Source of the DNA: Verrucomicrobiia bacterium
Lineage (GTDB): Bacteria > Verrucomicrobiota > Verrucomicrobiia > Opitutales > Opitutaceae
Reading direction: 5' to 3'
Length of the DNA stretch: 64,000 nt
NCBI GenBank assembly: GCA_011525695.1
Contig: WYBX01000051.1
Coordinates: forward strand, 4,691 to 68,690
The position numbers and the translations under genes were made by a program. Below the pieces are notes generated by a model. That model made no database searches and was not told where the DNA came from. It worked only from the letters and a program-made list of their open reading frames with translations. Shown here piece after piece: positions 1-11,100 of the stretch (position 1 is its first letter; every line of letters starts with the position of its first letter).

Positions 1-1
1 C

Positions 2-1288
2 ATGCGTATCACCGAAATGCACATCACGCCGATCGCCCTCGGCGACCCGCCCCTGCTCAATGCCGCCGGGCTGCATGCCCCCTATTGCCTGCGCACCGTC
101 GTCGAGCTCCGGACGGACAACGGACTCACCGGGCTGGCGGAGGTGCCGGGCAGTGTGGCGGTGGATCAGGCGCTCGCGGCCGTTCGCGACACGGTGATTG
201 GATCGGATCCGCTGAACTGGCATGCGCTGCGGGCCCGACTGGCGGAGCGCTGCTCTCCCGAGACTTCCGGCGCACGGGGCGACAAGCCCTGGGATGGGCG
301 GACGCGGGTCCAGGTCTACAGCGCGATGGATGTGGCGTGCCTGGACCTGGCGGGCCGGGCACTCGGCGTGCCGGTGGCGACGCTGCTCGGCGGAATTGTG
401 CGCGATCGGGTCCCCTATTCGGCGTACCTTTTCTATAAATTCGAGGGGGCGGGCGGTGAACTGGGGTTTGGCATCGACCGGGAGGCGACCGGGTGGGCGG
501 CGGCACGGCAGCAGGCGGCGCTGGATCCCGACGGGATCGTCGCCCAGGCGGAGGCGATGGTGGCGGAATTCGGGTTCAAATCGATCAAGCTCAAGGGAGG
601 CTGCTTCGAGCCGTCCCAGGAGGTCGCGGCGATCAAGGCGCTGCACCGGCGGTTCGGGCCTGACGTGCCGCTGCGGCTCGATCCGAATGCACTCTGGACG
701 GTGGCGAGTTCGATCCAGTGGGGCCGGGAACTCGAGGGAGTCCTGGAATACCTCGAGGATCCGTGTCGCACCCAGGCGGGGATGGCCGAGGTCCGCCGCG
801 CGATCAAGCTCCCGCTCGCGACCAACATGTGCACGACGTCTTTCGACGACCTGCCCGGCAGCGTGCGGCTGGAGTCGGAGGATATCATTCTCACGGATCA
901 CCACTTCTGGGGCGGATTGCACTCGTCGATGGAACTCGCGGCGCATTGCCGGACCTTCGGTCGCGGGGTCTCGATGCACTCGAACAACCATGCGGGGATC
1001 TCGCTCGCGGCGATGACGCATCTCGGGGCCGCCATGCCCAACCTGAGCTACGCCCTGGACACCCATTATCCGTGGCAATCGGAGGAGATCGTCGTGGGAG
1101 GCCGCATCCAATTCGAGGACGGCTGCGTCGTGCTGCCGAAGGAGCCGGGGCTTGGCGTCGAACTCGATTGCGACGCGCTGGCACGGGCACATGAGGCCTA
1201 TCGGCACTGCGGGCTCACCGAGCGGAACGACGAGGTGGAGATGCAAAAAAAGGTGCCCGGCTGGAAGTTCGCGGCGACACGCTGGTAG
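2..1288 (+). CDS. gudD: Glucarate dehydratase (enolase superfamily)
   Basis: The 428-aa ORF aligns by eye with E. coli GudD over its whole length. Subgroup motifs are present: IKLKGG, RLDPN, LEYLEDPC, LATNM and MHSNNHAGISLAAMTHL. The ATG is at position 2, so the true start could lie upstream of the window. Confidence 0.85.
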   Translation: MRITEMHITPIALGDPPLLNAAGLHAPYCLRTVVELRTDNGLTGLAEVPGSVAVDQALAAVRDTVIGSDPLNWHALRARLAERCSPETSGARGDKPWDGRTRVQVYSAMDVACLDLAGRALGVPVATLLGGIVRDRVPYSAYLFYKFEGAGGELGFGIDREATGWAAARQQAALDPDGIVAQAEAMVAEFGFKSIKLKGGCFEPSQEVAAIKALHRRFGPDVPLRLDPNALWTVASSIQWGRELEGVLEYLEDPCRTQAGMAEVRRAIKLPLATNMCTTSFDDLPGSVRLESEDIILTDHHFWGGLHSSMELAAHCRTFGRGVSMHSNNHAGISLAAMTHLGAAMPNLSYALDTHYPWQSEEIVVGGRIQFEDGCVVLPKEPGLGVELDCDALARAHEAYRHCGLTERNDEVEMQKKVPGWKFAATRW

Positions 1289-1310
1289 GATTTTCGCTGC
1301 GCGAAAATCC
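1288..1310 (+). terminator. Candidate hairpin just after the gudD stop
   Basis: GGATTTTCGC-tgc-GCGAAAATCC forms a perfect 10-bp stem that begins at the last base of the TAG stop. A T-rich run (GGGGTTTTCGTTT) follows, but only after a 3-nt gap, so this is not a textbook intrinsic terminator. Confidence 0.35.
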
Positions 1311-1474
1311 AATGGGGTTTTCGTTTCACGAACGTCTGGTCTACAACGTAAGTTCAAGACACGGGCACTCATTCCGGGGGATTTCCTCGTCGGTGCGCGC
1401 GAAGTTCCCACTGCGCACTTGAAGGGTTTAAGGTGACAACGGGCTCGGGACTTTGGATGATCCGGCCGAAATCG

Positions 1475-2248
1475 ATGAAATCTGAAAAACAGCGGCTCAC
1501 CGGAAAGCATGCTCTGGTCACTGGCGGCGGATCGGGCATTGGCCGGGCGATCAGCCTGCGGCTGGCGGCGGAGGGCGCGCAGGTGATCATCCTCGAATTG
1601 CGGGCGGAATCGGGCGAGCAGGTGGCGGCGGAAATTCGTGCTGCGGGCGGGAGTGCCCGCGTGATCGCAGCGGACGTGGGGGACACAGGGTCGATGCGGT
1701 CGGCCTTCGCACCGATCGAGCGGCTGGACATCCTCGTGAACAATGCCGGGATCGCACATGTCGGCGACGTGCTGGGCACCACGCCGGAGGATCTGGACCG
1801 GATTTATCGCGTGAATGTCAGAGGGGTTTACCACGGGCTGCACTTTGGCGTGGCAAAGATGCTGGAAGGGAAGGGCGGAGCCATCGTCAACCTGGCGTCG
1901 ATCGTATCCAAACTCGCCGTGGAGGATCGATTCGCCTACGGGATGAGCAAAGGGGCGGTGCTGACGATGACACTCTCGGTGGCGCGGGACTTCATCGACC
2001 GCGGGATCCGGTGCAACTGCGTGTGTCCGGCCCGGGTGCACACCCCGTTTGTCGACGGATTCATTGCCAAGAATTATCCGGGACGTGAGCAGGAAATGTT
2101 CGAAAAGCTTTCGGCGGCGCAGCCGATCGGCCGGATGGGTCGACCGGAGGAGATCGCGGCACTGGTGGCGTTTCTCTGTTCGGACGAAGCCGGATTCATC
2201 ACGGGGTCGGCCTATGACATCGATGGCGGCGTGACGCTGCTGCGATAG
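1475..2248 (+). CDS. SDR-family oxidoreductase (3-oxoacyl-ACP reductase-like)
   Basis: SDR motifs are present: TGGGSGIGRAI Rossmann motif, NNAG, and the catalytic Y-x-x-x-K (YGMSKGAV). The ORF opens at a GTG at 1433. The ATG at 1475 (MKSEKQRLTGKHALVTGG) gives a typical SDR N-terminus, so the start is uncertain. Confidence 0.85.
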   Translation: MKSEKQRLTGKHALVTGGGSGIGRAISLRLAAEGAQVIILELRAESGEQVAAEIRAAGGSARVIAADVGDTGSMRSAFAPIERLDILVNNAGIAHVGDVLGTTPEDLDRIYRVNVRGVYHGLHFGVAKMLEGKGGAIVNLASIVSKLAVEDRFAYGMSKGAVLTMTLSVARDFIDRGIRCNCVCPARVHTPFVDGFIAKNYPGREQEMFEKLSAAQPIGRMGRPEEIAALVAFLCSDEAGFITGSAYDIDGGVTLLR

Positions 2249-2442
2249 CAGCCCGTCGCTCTAAACTTGCACTTGGGGTGATTCGCCGGGCGTGTACGGC
2301 GACTTACGGGCCAACCCCGAAGGGCTGCTAATTGCCGTGCGGTGCACGGCGAGAAGCAGGAGATTTTCGGGCTTTCTATTTGGATACGGCCTTGCCGGGT
2401 GGTTTCAAATCGCGAGGGCCAGTTTGTCGATGAGCATCGCGC

Positions 2443-5400
2443 TCACCGGGCCGATCTCCGGGGCAATCGTCTCGAAAGCGGGTGCTGGCGCGCAACCGTT
2501 GGGCCATCTGGCGGGTTAGTCCGGCTCGCGCGCCGACGGCGCCGCAAGGTCGTGAGCGCGAAACAGCCCGCGCCAGCGAGGAGCAGTACCCAGGTTGACG
2601 GCTCCGGTACCGGCGTGAAGTCCAGCATGATTTGGTTGAAGTAGCCGCCCGAGAGGGAGAGCGCACGGACCGAGAATGTGCCTGGTCCCACATCGGAAAA
2701 GAACTGGGCCGCGTCGATGGCGAACGCGTTCGGATCGAAACCCTCCAGCGACACCGTATCGATCAGGACCCAGGAATAGGTCGTGCCGGTTGCGAGGCCG
2801 GCGAGCAATCCCGAGGAGCCATCCTGGCCCAGCGTGGCCAGCTTCAAATTGAACCGGTTGCCGGACGTGGCCGTGATCGTGAGTGTGTCGCTGCCGGAAA
2901 TGGAAAGGAGATCGGTGGCAAACGCACCATTGCCCAGGCTCTGGATTTGCCATTCCAAGGTGCCCCCACCGGCGAGCGTCAATTCGTCGAACGTCAGCGT
3001 GCCGATCGGGCTGGCGCTCGAACCGGGAGCCAGGATCACGCCGGGACCCACAGCGTTGAAGCCGGTCGACGAGGTGTAGTTTTCGAACATCCCATGGCCG
3101 GTGAGCCGGCCCGAGTTGAGTTGGAGCGGGTTGTCGAGGTAAGCATCATAGTCGAGTGCGAGCGTGCCGCCCGACAGTCGCACGACAGCCGAACCCAGTG
3201 GGTCGTAAGCGTCCTCACCGATGGTGATCGTGCCCTGCTGGATGTCGGCACTGATGATCACATCATCCCCGCCATCGAAACCGCTGATGCCGTAGGATGT
3301 GCTCTCGAGCCTGAGGTTTCCGGTGCCGGTTTTCACGAGACCGGTGGCATGTTCACTGTTGGATTCGATGTATCCACGAAACACCGAATCCTCCTCCTGA
3401 TCGATCGTGAGCACGCTGTCATTGGCGAAATAGATTTCGGCGTCGTAATAATCGAATTCCGCGCGGAGACCGCCAATGACGGGAGCGGGGGACTCGAAGA
3501 TCACGGTGCCGCCATCCTCGCCGAAACTCAGGATGCCGGAACCCAGCCCGGAGTTGGTGAGGACGGTGACATCGACGTAGTCGTCCAGTCTCACGCCGCC
3601 CGTGAAGCTGTTCTCTCCGCCCAGCGTGACATTGGTGTCGTCGCCAAAGCGGAGCCCGCCCGGGCCGGAAATGGCACCGTTCAATGTCAACTCCCAGCCG
3701 GTGTTGATCGCGAGTGAAGAGTTCAGCACGATGGGATTCGCCAGCGAGTAACTGCTATCCCGAAAGGCGAGTTCCGTCAGGAGCGGGTGCCCTTCGCTGA
3801 GCCCAGGTGGCAGCGGCATCGAATTTACGATCAGGGTGTTCGTCGCAGCGCCCAGCGCGGTGGCCGAGCCGAGGACGAGTCGGCCACCGTACAAGGTGGT
3901 GTCACCAGTGTGATCGTTCGTCCCGGTCAGCAGGACGGTGGCGAGAATTTCCTCGTGCTCGGCGATGGACCGCGTGGGATCCCCAAAGGTGGCGATGGTG
4001 TCCGGATCGCCCACGGCCACGGACCGGGCGCCGGTGAGAGTGGAGGCCACCTCGAGCACGCCACTCTTGTAGCCGGCAAAGCGATACGTGCTGCCGGCGG
4101 GCGTGATTTCCCCGGCGAGCCGGACGCCTCCATTGAGGACGCCCGCCACCTCGATGCCGGGATGAGTCGTGCCCAGGTAGACGTCCCCACTGAAGCCCGC
4201 GAGATTGATCGGGTCGGTGATTGTTCGCGGGGCCGTCGCTTCCGGGGCCTGGTCGAAACCGATGATGCCGCCGGTGGCCGCGGCGAAGCGGCCCAGGAAG
4301 CTGCTGATCGACAGGTCCTCGTCCTCGGAGCCGATGTAGCCACCCGGACCGAGCGTGAAGCTGCCGGTGGCCGGCAGCGCACCCAGGCCGAAAATCACCG
4401 CGGAATGCGTCGCGGTAACCCCGCCCGAGAACGTGTTATCCCCGCTCATTAGCCGCAGGGTGAGCGGCGCAACCTCCGGCGACTCCACGACGACGGAGGC
4501 CGGGCCGCTCTGATCCACGAGCGGGCTGTCGATTTCGAGCAGACCGCCGCCGCCGCCAAACCGATAGGTGCCCGCCACGGCGGGTGTGATCAGTGCGCCC
4601 GGAGCCAGCCGGGCATGGCTGGCGCTGCCGAGCCGCGCGTCCGCAGCGAAGCCGGAGAGATCGACCGCTCCATTCACGACATAGGGTCCAACGTAGGGAT
4701 CGCTGTCGAAGCCGATGGTGCCGTGGGTCGCAGGCCGATCGAACTTGTCCAGGAAAGTATCCACGTCCGCGATGCTGGCGGCCAGGCCGATGTAACCGCC
4801 GGTCCCCGTCGTGAGATTCCCGCCATCGAGAAACGCGTCGAGCTCGCCAAAGATGACACCGCCGCCGGTTACATGCGTACCGCCTGAATAGGTGTTCTCG
4901 CCAAACAGGACGAGCCCGCCGTAACCGGCCTTGGTCAGACTGGCGCCCTCTCCTGAAATCGGACCCCAGAACTCGCTGTAATGATTCTGGTCAATCGTCA
5001 GCGTTGACTCCGGAGCCAGCTCGACGCCGCTTCCTGCATTCCAGTACTCGCTTTCGAGACCGAAGATCTGTGGTGCCGGCGTGAGGAAGACGGCCTTGGC
5101 CAGGGCCGAATCCGCATCGAAGATGAGACGCCCGATTCCAGCTGCGTTGTCGTGGGCAAACTCGAGGACGCCGTCCTCGAGTTCGATGTGACCGGTGAAC
5201 GTGTTGGCCGCCGAGAGCCGGGCGGTGCCCGTGCCGTCCTTCTTCACCCCGCCGCGTCCGGAAATCATGCCGGTCAGGTCGAGGTCGAACGGCCCTTCGA
5301 TTTCGACCGAACCATCCTCGTCAAAGTCTTCAGGATCGTCATCGTCGTCGTCGCCTCGAAGCTCCATGGGATTGGCCAGCGAGATGCTGCCGGCGAACGC

Positions 5401-7929
5401 CTGAAGCGTGAAACCGTACCCGTCAAACACGAGCTGACCTGTCCCCAGCGCGGAGTTGTTGCCCAGGAGGACGGAGCCACTTCCCGTGAAGGTCGTGCCG
5501 CCGGAGTAGCTGTTGTTTCCGGTCAGCGTGATGTCCACGTAATCATCAAAGGTGAGGCTGCCCGGCCCGGAAAACGCATTGGCATAGGTCGTGTCGACGG
5601 TGCCCTCGCTGGGTTCGCCATACAGCCAGAGGTTCGCACCGGGCCCGAGCACGACGGGCGCATTATGGGCCGACTCAATCCCATGGACCCACGCCCGGCG
5701 GGCATTGTAGGTCAACGAACCCGAATCCAGCTTCACCCGTTGGGAGTAGTAGTAGAGCGTGTCGCCTGAAATCACCACTCCGCCGCCACCGGTTGCCGCA
5801 ACGTTCAACTGATCCCAGATACCTACCAGCCCCGCCAGGGTCAGCATCCCCGCTCCCACGTAGGTGAGATCGTTGGTGTAAACAGCGCCGGCGAGGGTGA
5901 GGTCGGCGGGCGAACCCGGTGTGCCGAACGTGAGTCCGGCGCCGCCCTCGCCTAGATAGATTGAATTGTGCAGGGTTAGGTCGGTGGTGGCCGCGATCCT
6001 CGTTTCGGGCGCGGTGACCACCACTGCGCCATGCCCAAGTGCCTGCGCATCGCCGAGGAGGAGCGTTCCGGACTGGAGTGTGGTTCCTGAGTGGTGCTGG
6101 GATGGCCCGTTCAACTCGACGGTCCCAGCGGAATCCGGGATGCCGACCGTGAGATGGGTCACCGTCGGATCGAGCGGGGCTTCCAGGGTGATCCAGCCGC
6201 CCTTCACGCCGGCCAGCGCGAGGTGTCCGCCCGCCACCGGCGTGACCGTGCCCGTCAGCGTCACCCGCGTGCTCGTCCCCAGATAGTAGGAGTTCACGTG
6301 GGTGTTGAGCAGCGAGAGATCGACGGGCTCCGCGACGGTTCGCGGTTCGGCGGGATTCGCCGAGTCAATCCCGACGACGTTCAAGCCATGGAGGGTATTC
6401 GTGTCGAAACGGGCGAGGAACTGACCGGGCGTGAGCGCCGCCGTCTCGGTGTAGCCGGCGTAGCCAAAACGGTTGTCGCTGTTGAAGGAAACCATTCCCG
6501 TCCCCGGCAGGGCGTCGGAGCCATCGAAGACGAGCACGCCGTGGCGCACCTCGATTCCGCCGGCGAAGGTGTTGGTGCCCTGCAGCTGGACGGTCAGGGG
6601 ATCGCCGGTGATGGCGGGATCGTCGAGGATCAGCTTCGAGCCTGCATTGGTCAGCGGGCTTACGACCCCCAGGTAGCCGCCGCCTCCCCCAAACCGGTAA
6701 TCCTGTTCCGGCGCGATCGTGAGCGGGCCGGAGAGGATTGCCGCAGACGACGTGCCGAGCCCCCGGAAATCGAGCAACGCGGAAAGATCGAGCGCGGAGC
6801 TGAAATTCAGGGGAGATTCCGGATTGGGGGAATCCAGCCCGAGCGTGCCGTGGAAATTTGTGCCATCGAGCCGGCTGACCAGGCCGGCCTGGATGCCGGC
6901 GGTGTCGCGGATGCCGACGTATGCGGTTTCATGGGACGAGATGGCCCCGTTAGCCGGCACAGCGATGGCGTTGGTGAGGTGGAGCCTCGCGTACTCATTG
7001 AGAATGGTGCCCCCGGTGTAGGACGACGTGGAATTGTCGCCTGCAAACGTGGCCGCACCGGTGAGGGTCAGCGACGAGTTCGGCGCGTCCTCGGCGATGG
7101 TTCCATTGAAGGTGACACCACCGCCGATGAGATGGACGCTGCCCTCCAGGGTCGTGGTGCTGCCGATGGTCAGGGTGTGAGAGGGATCGGCGGCGAGTTG
7201 GACGCTGCCGCTCACGCGGAGCGGGGTCGTCAGGGTGGTGTCGATGAGGGCGCGGAGGTCGGCATTGAGCAACCGCAACGAGGAGCCATCGAGGGCTCCA
7301 GCGTGGCCGACCTGCAGCTCGGCATTCTGCACCTCGAGCCCGCCGGCGAAATTGTTGTCGCCCATCAAGGTGAGGTAGGCCGGCCGGAAGCCCGGTCCAT
7401 ACGTGGAAGGATATGCCCCGGACGGATTGAAGGATGGGTTGAACGTGAGCTTGCCGGGACCGCTGATGGATCCGTCAACGGCAACATGCGTGAGATTCCA
7501 GGTCTGCGGGGTCGCCAGGTCGAAGGAGATGCCCGCGGCGAACGTTGTCCGGACCGGGTTCTGCGGTGCGTCGCCGGCCTTGGTGAGGCCGTTTGCGAGG
7601 GTCAGCGTGGTGGCACCGGCGCTGCTGAACGAGTAGTTGGTCGTGGAATAAAGGCTAAATGGATACGGTTCGAACCGGAGCGAATCCAGGCTGAGTGAGC
7701 CGGCGGGGAGGACGACCGACTCGGGCGTGCTGGAAACATGGAACGGAAACAGCGCCGCATGGGAACTGGTGGCCGGCACGGGGGGATTGGGTCCGGCAAC
7801 CCAGTTGGCGGATCGGTTGAAATCGGCGTCAGGTCCGCCGACGATCCAAGTGTAGGTGGTCTGGCCGGCAAGTGGCGATGCGAGGGCCATCGCCAGCGCC
7901 CCATATGTGGGTAAAAGGCGCGAGTTCAC
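2443..7929 (-). CDS. Giant autotransporter-associated beta-strand-repeat protein with PEP-CTERM anchor
   Basis: The ORF spans 2443..8001. A GTG at 7929 gives a signal-like N-terminus (NSRLLPTYGALAMALASPLAGQ). The body carries dozens of Gly/Thr-rich repeats of the form G.G.L.L.G.N.Y.GGT....G.L and an acidic run, DDDDDDPEDFDEDG. The C-terminus reads VPEPSTWVLLLAGAGCFALTTLRRRRR (PEP-CTERM), followed by an extra 27-aa tail. Confidence 0.85.
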   Translation of the reverse strand: MNSRLLPTYGALAMALASPLAGQTTYTWIVGGPDADFNRSANWVAGPNPPVPATSSHAALFPFHVSSTPESVVLPAGSLSLDSLRFEPYPFSLYSTTNYSFSSAGATTLTLANGLTKAGDAPQNPVRTTFAAGISFDLATPQTWNLTHVAVDGSISGPGKLTFNPSFNPSGAYPSTYGPGFRPAYLTLMGDNNFAGGLEVQNAELQVGHAGALDGSSLRLLNADLRALIDTTLTTPLRVSGSVQLAADPSHTLTIGSTTTLEGSVHLIGGGVTFNGTIAEDAPNSSLTLTGAATFAGDNSTSSYTGGTILNEYARLHLTNAIAVPANGAISSHETAYVGIRDTAGIQAGLVSRLDGTNFHGTLGLDSPNPESPLNFSSALDLSALLDFRGLGTSSAAILSGPLTIAPEQDYRFGGGGGYLGVVSPLTNAGSKLILDDPAITGDPLTVQLQGTNTFAGGIEVRHGVLVFDGSDALPGTGMVSFNSDNRFGYAGYTETAALTPGQFLARFDTNTLHGLNVVGIDSANPAEPRTVAEPVDLSLLNTHVNSYYLGTSTRVTLTGTVTPVAGGHLALAGVKGGWITLEAPLDPTVTHLTVGIPDSAGTVELNGPSQHHSGTTLQSGTLLLGDAQALGHGAVVVTAPETRIAATTDLTLHNSIYLGEGGAGLTFGTPGSPADLTLAGAVYTNDLTYVGAGMLTLAGLVGIWDQLNVAATGGGGVVISGDTLYYYSQRVKLDSGSLTYNARRAWVHGIESAHNAPVVLGPGANLWLYGEPSEGTVDTTYANAFSGPGSLTFDDYVDITLTGNNSYSGGTTFTGSGSVLLGNNSALGTGQLVFDGYGFTLQAFAGSISLANPMELRGDDDDDDPEDFDEDGSVEIEGPFDLDLTGMISGRGGVKKDGTGTARLSAANTFTGHIELEDGVLEFAHDNAAGIGRLIFDADSALAKAVFLTPAPQIFGLESEYWNAGSGVELAPESTLTIDQNHYSEFWGPISGEGASLTKAGYGGLVLFGENTYSGGTHVTGGGVIFGELDAFLDGGNLTTGTGGYIGLAASIADVDTFLDKFDRPATHGTIGFDSDPYVGPYVVNGAVDLSGFAADARLGSASHARLAPGALITPAVAGTYRFGGGGGLLEIDSPLVDQSGPASVVVESPEVAPLTLRLMSGDNTFSGGVTATHSAVIFGLGALPATGSFTLGPGGYIGSEDEDLSISSFLGRFAAATGGIIGFDQAPEATAPRTITDPINLAGFSGDVYLGTTHPGIEVAGVLNGGVRLAGEITPAGSTYRFAGYKSGVLEVASTLTGARSVAVGDPDTIATFGDPTRSIAEHEEILATVLLTGTNDHTGDTTLYGGRLVLGSATALGAATNTLIVNSMPLPPGLSEGHPLLTELAFRDSSYSLANPIVLNSSLAINTGWELTLNGAISGPGGLRFGDDTNVTLGGENSFTGGVRLDDYVDVTVLTNSGLGSGILSFGEDGGTVIFESPAPVIGGLRAEFDYYDAEIYFANDSVLTIDQEEDSVFRGYIESNSEHATGLVKTGTGNLRLESTSYGISGFDGGDDVIISADIQQGTITIGEDAYDPLGSAVVRLSGGTLALDYDAYLDNPLQLNSGRLTGHGMFENYTSSTGFNAVGPGVILAPGSSASPIGTLTFDELTLAGGGTLEWQIQSLGNGAFATDLLSISGSDTLTITATSGNRFNLKLATLGQDGSSGLLAGLATGTTYSWVLIDTVSLEGFDPNAFAIDAAQFFSDVGPGTFSVRALSLSGGYFNQIMLDFTPVPEPSTWVLLLAGAGCFALTTLRRRRRASRTNPPDGPTVARQHPLSRRLPRRSAR

Positions 7930-8161
7930 GGGGCCCGCAGATACGCAACGGAACGAGTGGAAACAAGGGCAATATCGGGCCGCTTTTTCCGGAAGATCCA
8001 CGGAGGGGCGGGCTTATGATGAATGGATTTGCAATAGCGAAGTGCCTTGCCGGTTCGAGATGCGGGCGAAAGACCATCAGGTGTCGTAGACTTGCGTACG
8101 AAGTCGAGGGCGCCGGGATTCCCCTTGCCGCTGCCAACCGTTTGCACAGAATCGTGGGCCT

Positions 8162-11100
8162 ATGAAGCTAGTGCTCCAGCGCTTTGGCTTGATGGGGATG
8201 TTCTTCGCGGTGACCACTGCCTGCTTCGCGCCTCCCTCGCCCTTCCTCTGGAAGGCCGACAACACCAACACCGGCGTGTTCGAATTGAACACGAACTGGG
8301 ATGGAGATATCGCGCCTCCACCTGGAACCGACCTGGCGTTTGGCACCGCGGTGACGTCGACCGTGAACCTGTTCGACCCCGCAGTGGCGAACAAGCTCAC
8401 GTTCACGCCTAGTTCCACCAACTACACTTTCCTCAAGAACGACGATGCGACGCTGACCTTGGGCGCAGGGGGCATCGTGATGGAGAGTGGTGGCAGCGGG
8501 GTGGTGAGCCTCCATTCCGACCTCGGGTTGATTCTTTCGGCGAGCCAGACGTGGGACTTGAACAGTTCCGGCGATTTCAGTGTGGCAGGGCTAATCTCAG
8601 GTGTGGATTTCGGCCTGACCAAGACCGGGACGGGCACGTTATTCCTGAGTGGCGCGAACACGTATACCGGTGGTACCACCATCAACGGCGGGACGCTCGT
8701 CGTCAGTTTGCTCGCGGACGGGGGGCTCCCGAGCAGTATCGGCGCTTCCGCGAGTGCAGCCCCGAATCTCGTGCTGAACGGCGCCGATGCCGAGCTCTAC
8801 TACGTCGGTGGTGCAGCGACCACCGATCGGCTGCTTACCCTCGGCGCCGACGGCGGCGCGATTGTGGCCTCTGGCGGTGGCGCGCTCCAGTTCACGAACA
8901 CCGGCAGTGTGGCGCTGGAAGGGGCGGATTTGCCCCGCACGCTGCGACTCGACGGTCTGAATACAGACGCCAACACGTTTGCGCCCGCGCTTGGCGACAG
9001 CGGGACGGGTCCCACCTCATTGCTCAAGTCCGGTGACGGCACATGGATTCTCGCCGGAGCAAACACGTACACGGGCGGAACGCTGATTGCCGGCGGTACG
9101 CTCGGGCTGGGTGCAAGCGGGGCGCTGCCCGAGGGTGGCGACCTGGTTTTCGGCGCGCCCGCTGGTGCCAGCGTGAACCTTGCGCTCAACGGATATTCCC
9201 AAACGGTTGGCGCGCTCGCCTTCGGGGGAGCCGACGGAGCTTCGCATTCCGGAGTCGATCTCGGTAGTGGCACGCTGACGCTCGGTGGCGACGTGACCTT
9301 CAACGCTGCCAATCATCCCTCTGACGTGTGGATTTCCGGCGGGACGCTGGAACTGAATGGAACGCGCACGTTTGACCTAGGGAATTCGGACAACGCCTAT
9401 GCCGAAGTCTCGATCTCATCGGCCATCACCGGGGCGGATTCCGCGATCGTGAAGTTGGGTGCCGGCACGCTGATGCTTTCCGGCGCCAACACATATTCGG
9501 GCCCCACCTCCATTCTCGCGGGGACGGTCTTGGTTTCGAGTGGTACTGCCCTGGGTGATACCGCGAATGGCACCGTCATCTCATCCGGCGCCACGCTTCA
9601 CCTGGTGGGCGCGGCGATCGGTGCGGAAAATATCACCGTGGAGGGCATCGGGACCGACGGAATGGGCGCCATTCTGGCGACCGGATGGTCATCGCTGGCG
9701 GGGACGGTGACGCTGACCAATGATGCCGCGATTGGCGGGATGGGAGAATTGCTGGTTTCCGGGGCGATTGGCGATGCCGGCGCAGGTTACGGGCTGACGA
9801 AGCTCGACTGGGGCCGACTCATTCTCACCGGCACCAATACCTACGGCGGGTTGACGACCATCGAAGGTGGTGCGCTGCAACTCGGCGATGGGGAAACGGC
9901 GGGTTCCATCCTGGGAGACGTGGCGCTCCCGGTTTACGACGCTACGCTCACCTTCAACCAGCCCGGCGCATTCGAATTCGCAGGCTCCGTGACCGGTGAG
10001 GGCCGGCTGGAGAAGCTTGGGAGCGGCGCGCTAACCCTGACCGGAGCAAACAGCTATACCGGAGGGACGTTCGTGGGAGACGGCACGCTGGCGTCTGGCG
10101 GCTCGGGCACCCTTTCCCCGGGAAGCGTGTTCTACGTGTCGAGCGGAGCCACCCTGGGCGTCAATCACAGCAACGTGATCGCAGGATTGGGGGATGGCTA
10201 CGACGGGGGCGGGACGGTTGCGATCGAGGACACTTCGCTCACGCTCGAGACCCCAATTTTCAGCACGGTCGAGTTTAGCGGGGACGTCACCGGCACCGGT
10301 TCGCTGGTGAAGACCGGCATCGGGATGCAGATCCTTTCGGGCGAGGTCAGCCACACGGGCGGGACGACGATTCAGGCCGGCGTACTTGCCTTCGGTCGAG
10401 ATGGCAGCACCCCGTTGAGTGAGACTCTCGGGGGTGACGTGACGTTCGCGGGCCATGTATTCTTCGGCGGAGGGTTGCTGAGGTTCGATTATGGGGGGGA
10501 GGGCCCGCTGACATTCACCGGCCGAATCACCGGCCCCGGCCGGGTCGATACGATTGGCGGCAATGAGCTCGTGTTCGCGAACACGGCCAATGATTACAGC
10601 GGCAGCACGACACTCACCGGTAGCACGCTCACATCGGGAGGGGTCAACACGTTCTCGCCCAACAGCGCCATCGTCCTGCAGCAGGGAGCGAGCCTCCAGG
10701 TCAATCACGACAACACCATCAAGGGACTTCGCGGCGGAATGGAGAGCTGGGATCCGCCTGACACCGTGTCCATTGCGGAAGGCGTCACGCTTACCCTCAA
10801 CACCCCGACCTTCCTCATCACCGATTTCGGAGGGAACATTGAGGGAGGCGGCGCATTGTCTAAGACCGGAATCGGCACGCAAATATTGAGCGGCGCGAGC
10901 AGCTTCATGGGAGGCCTGACAATCGAGGCCGGCGTGGTAACGATCGGAAATGGCGGATCCGGGGCTTCCCTCGACAGTGACGTCACATTTGCCGGCCACT
11001 TGGGCTTTGGCGGTGGGTTATTGCGTTTCAATGGTGCGGACTGGTCGGCGTACGCCGGCAACATCTCCGGCCCGGGCCGGGTCGATCAGATCGGAAGCGG

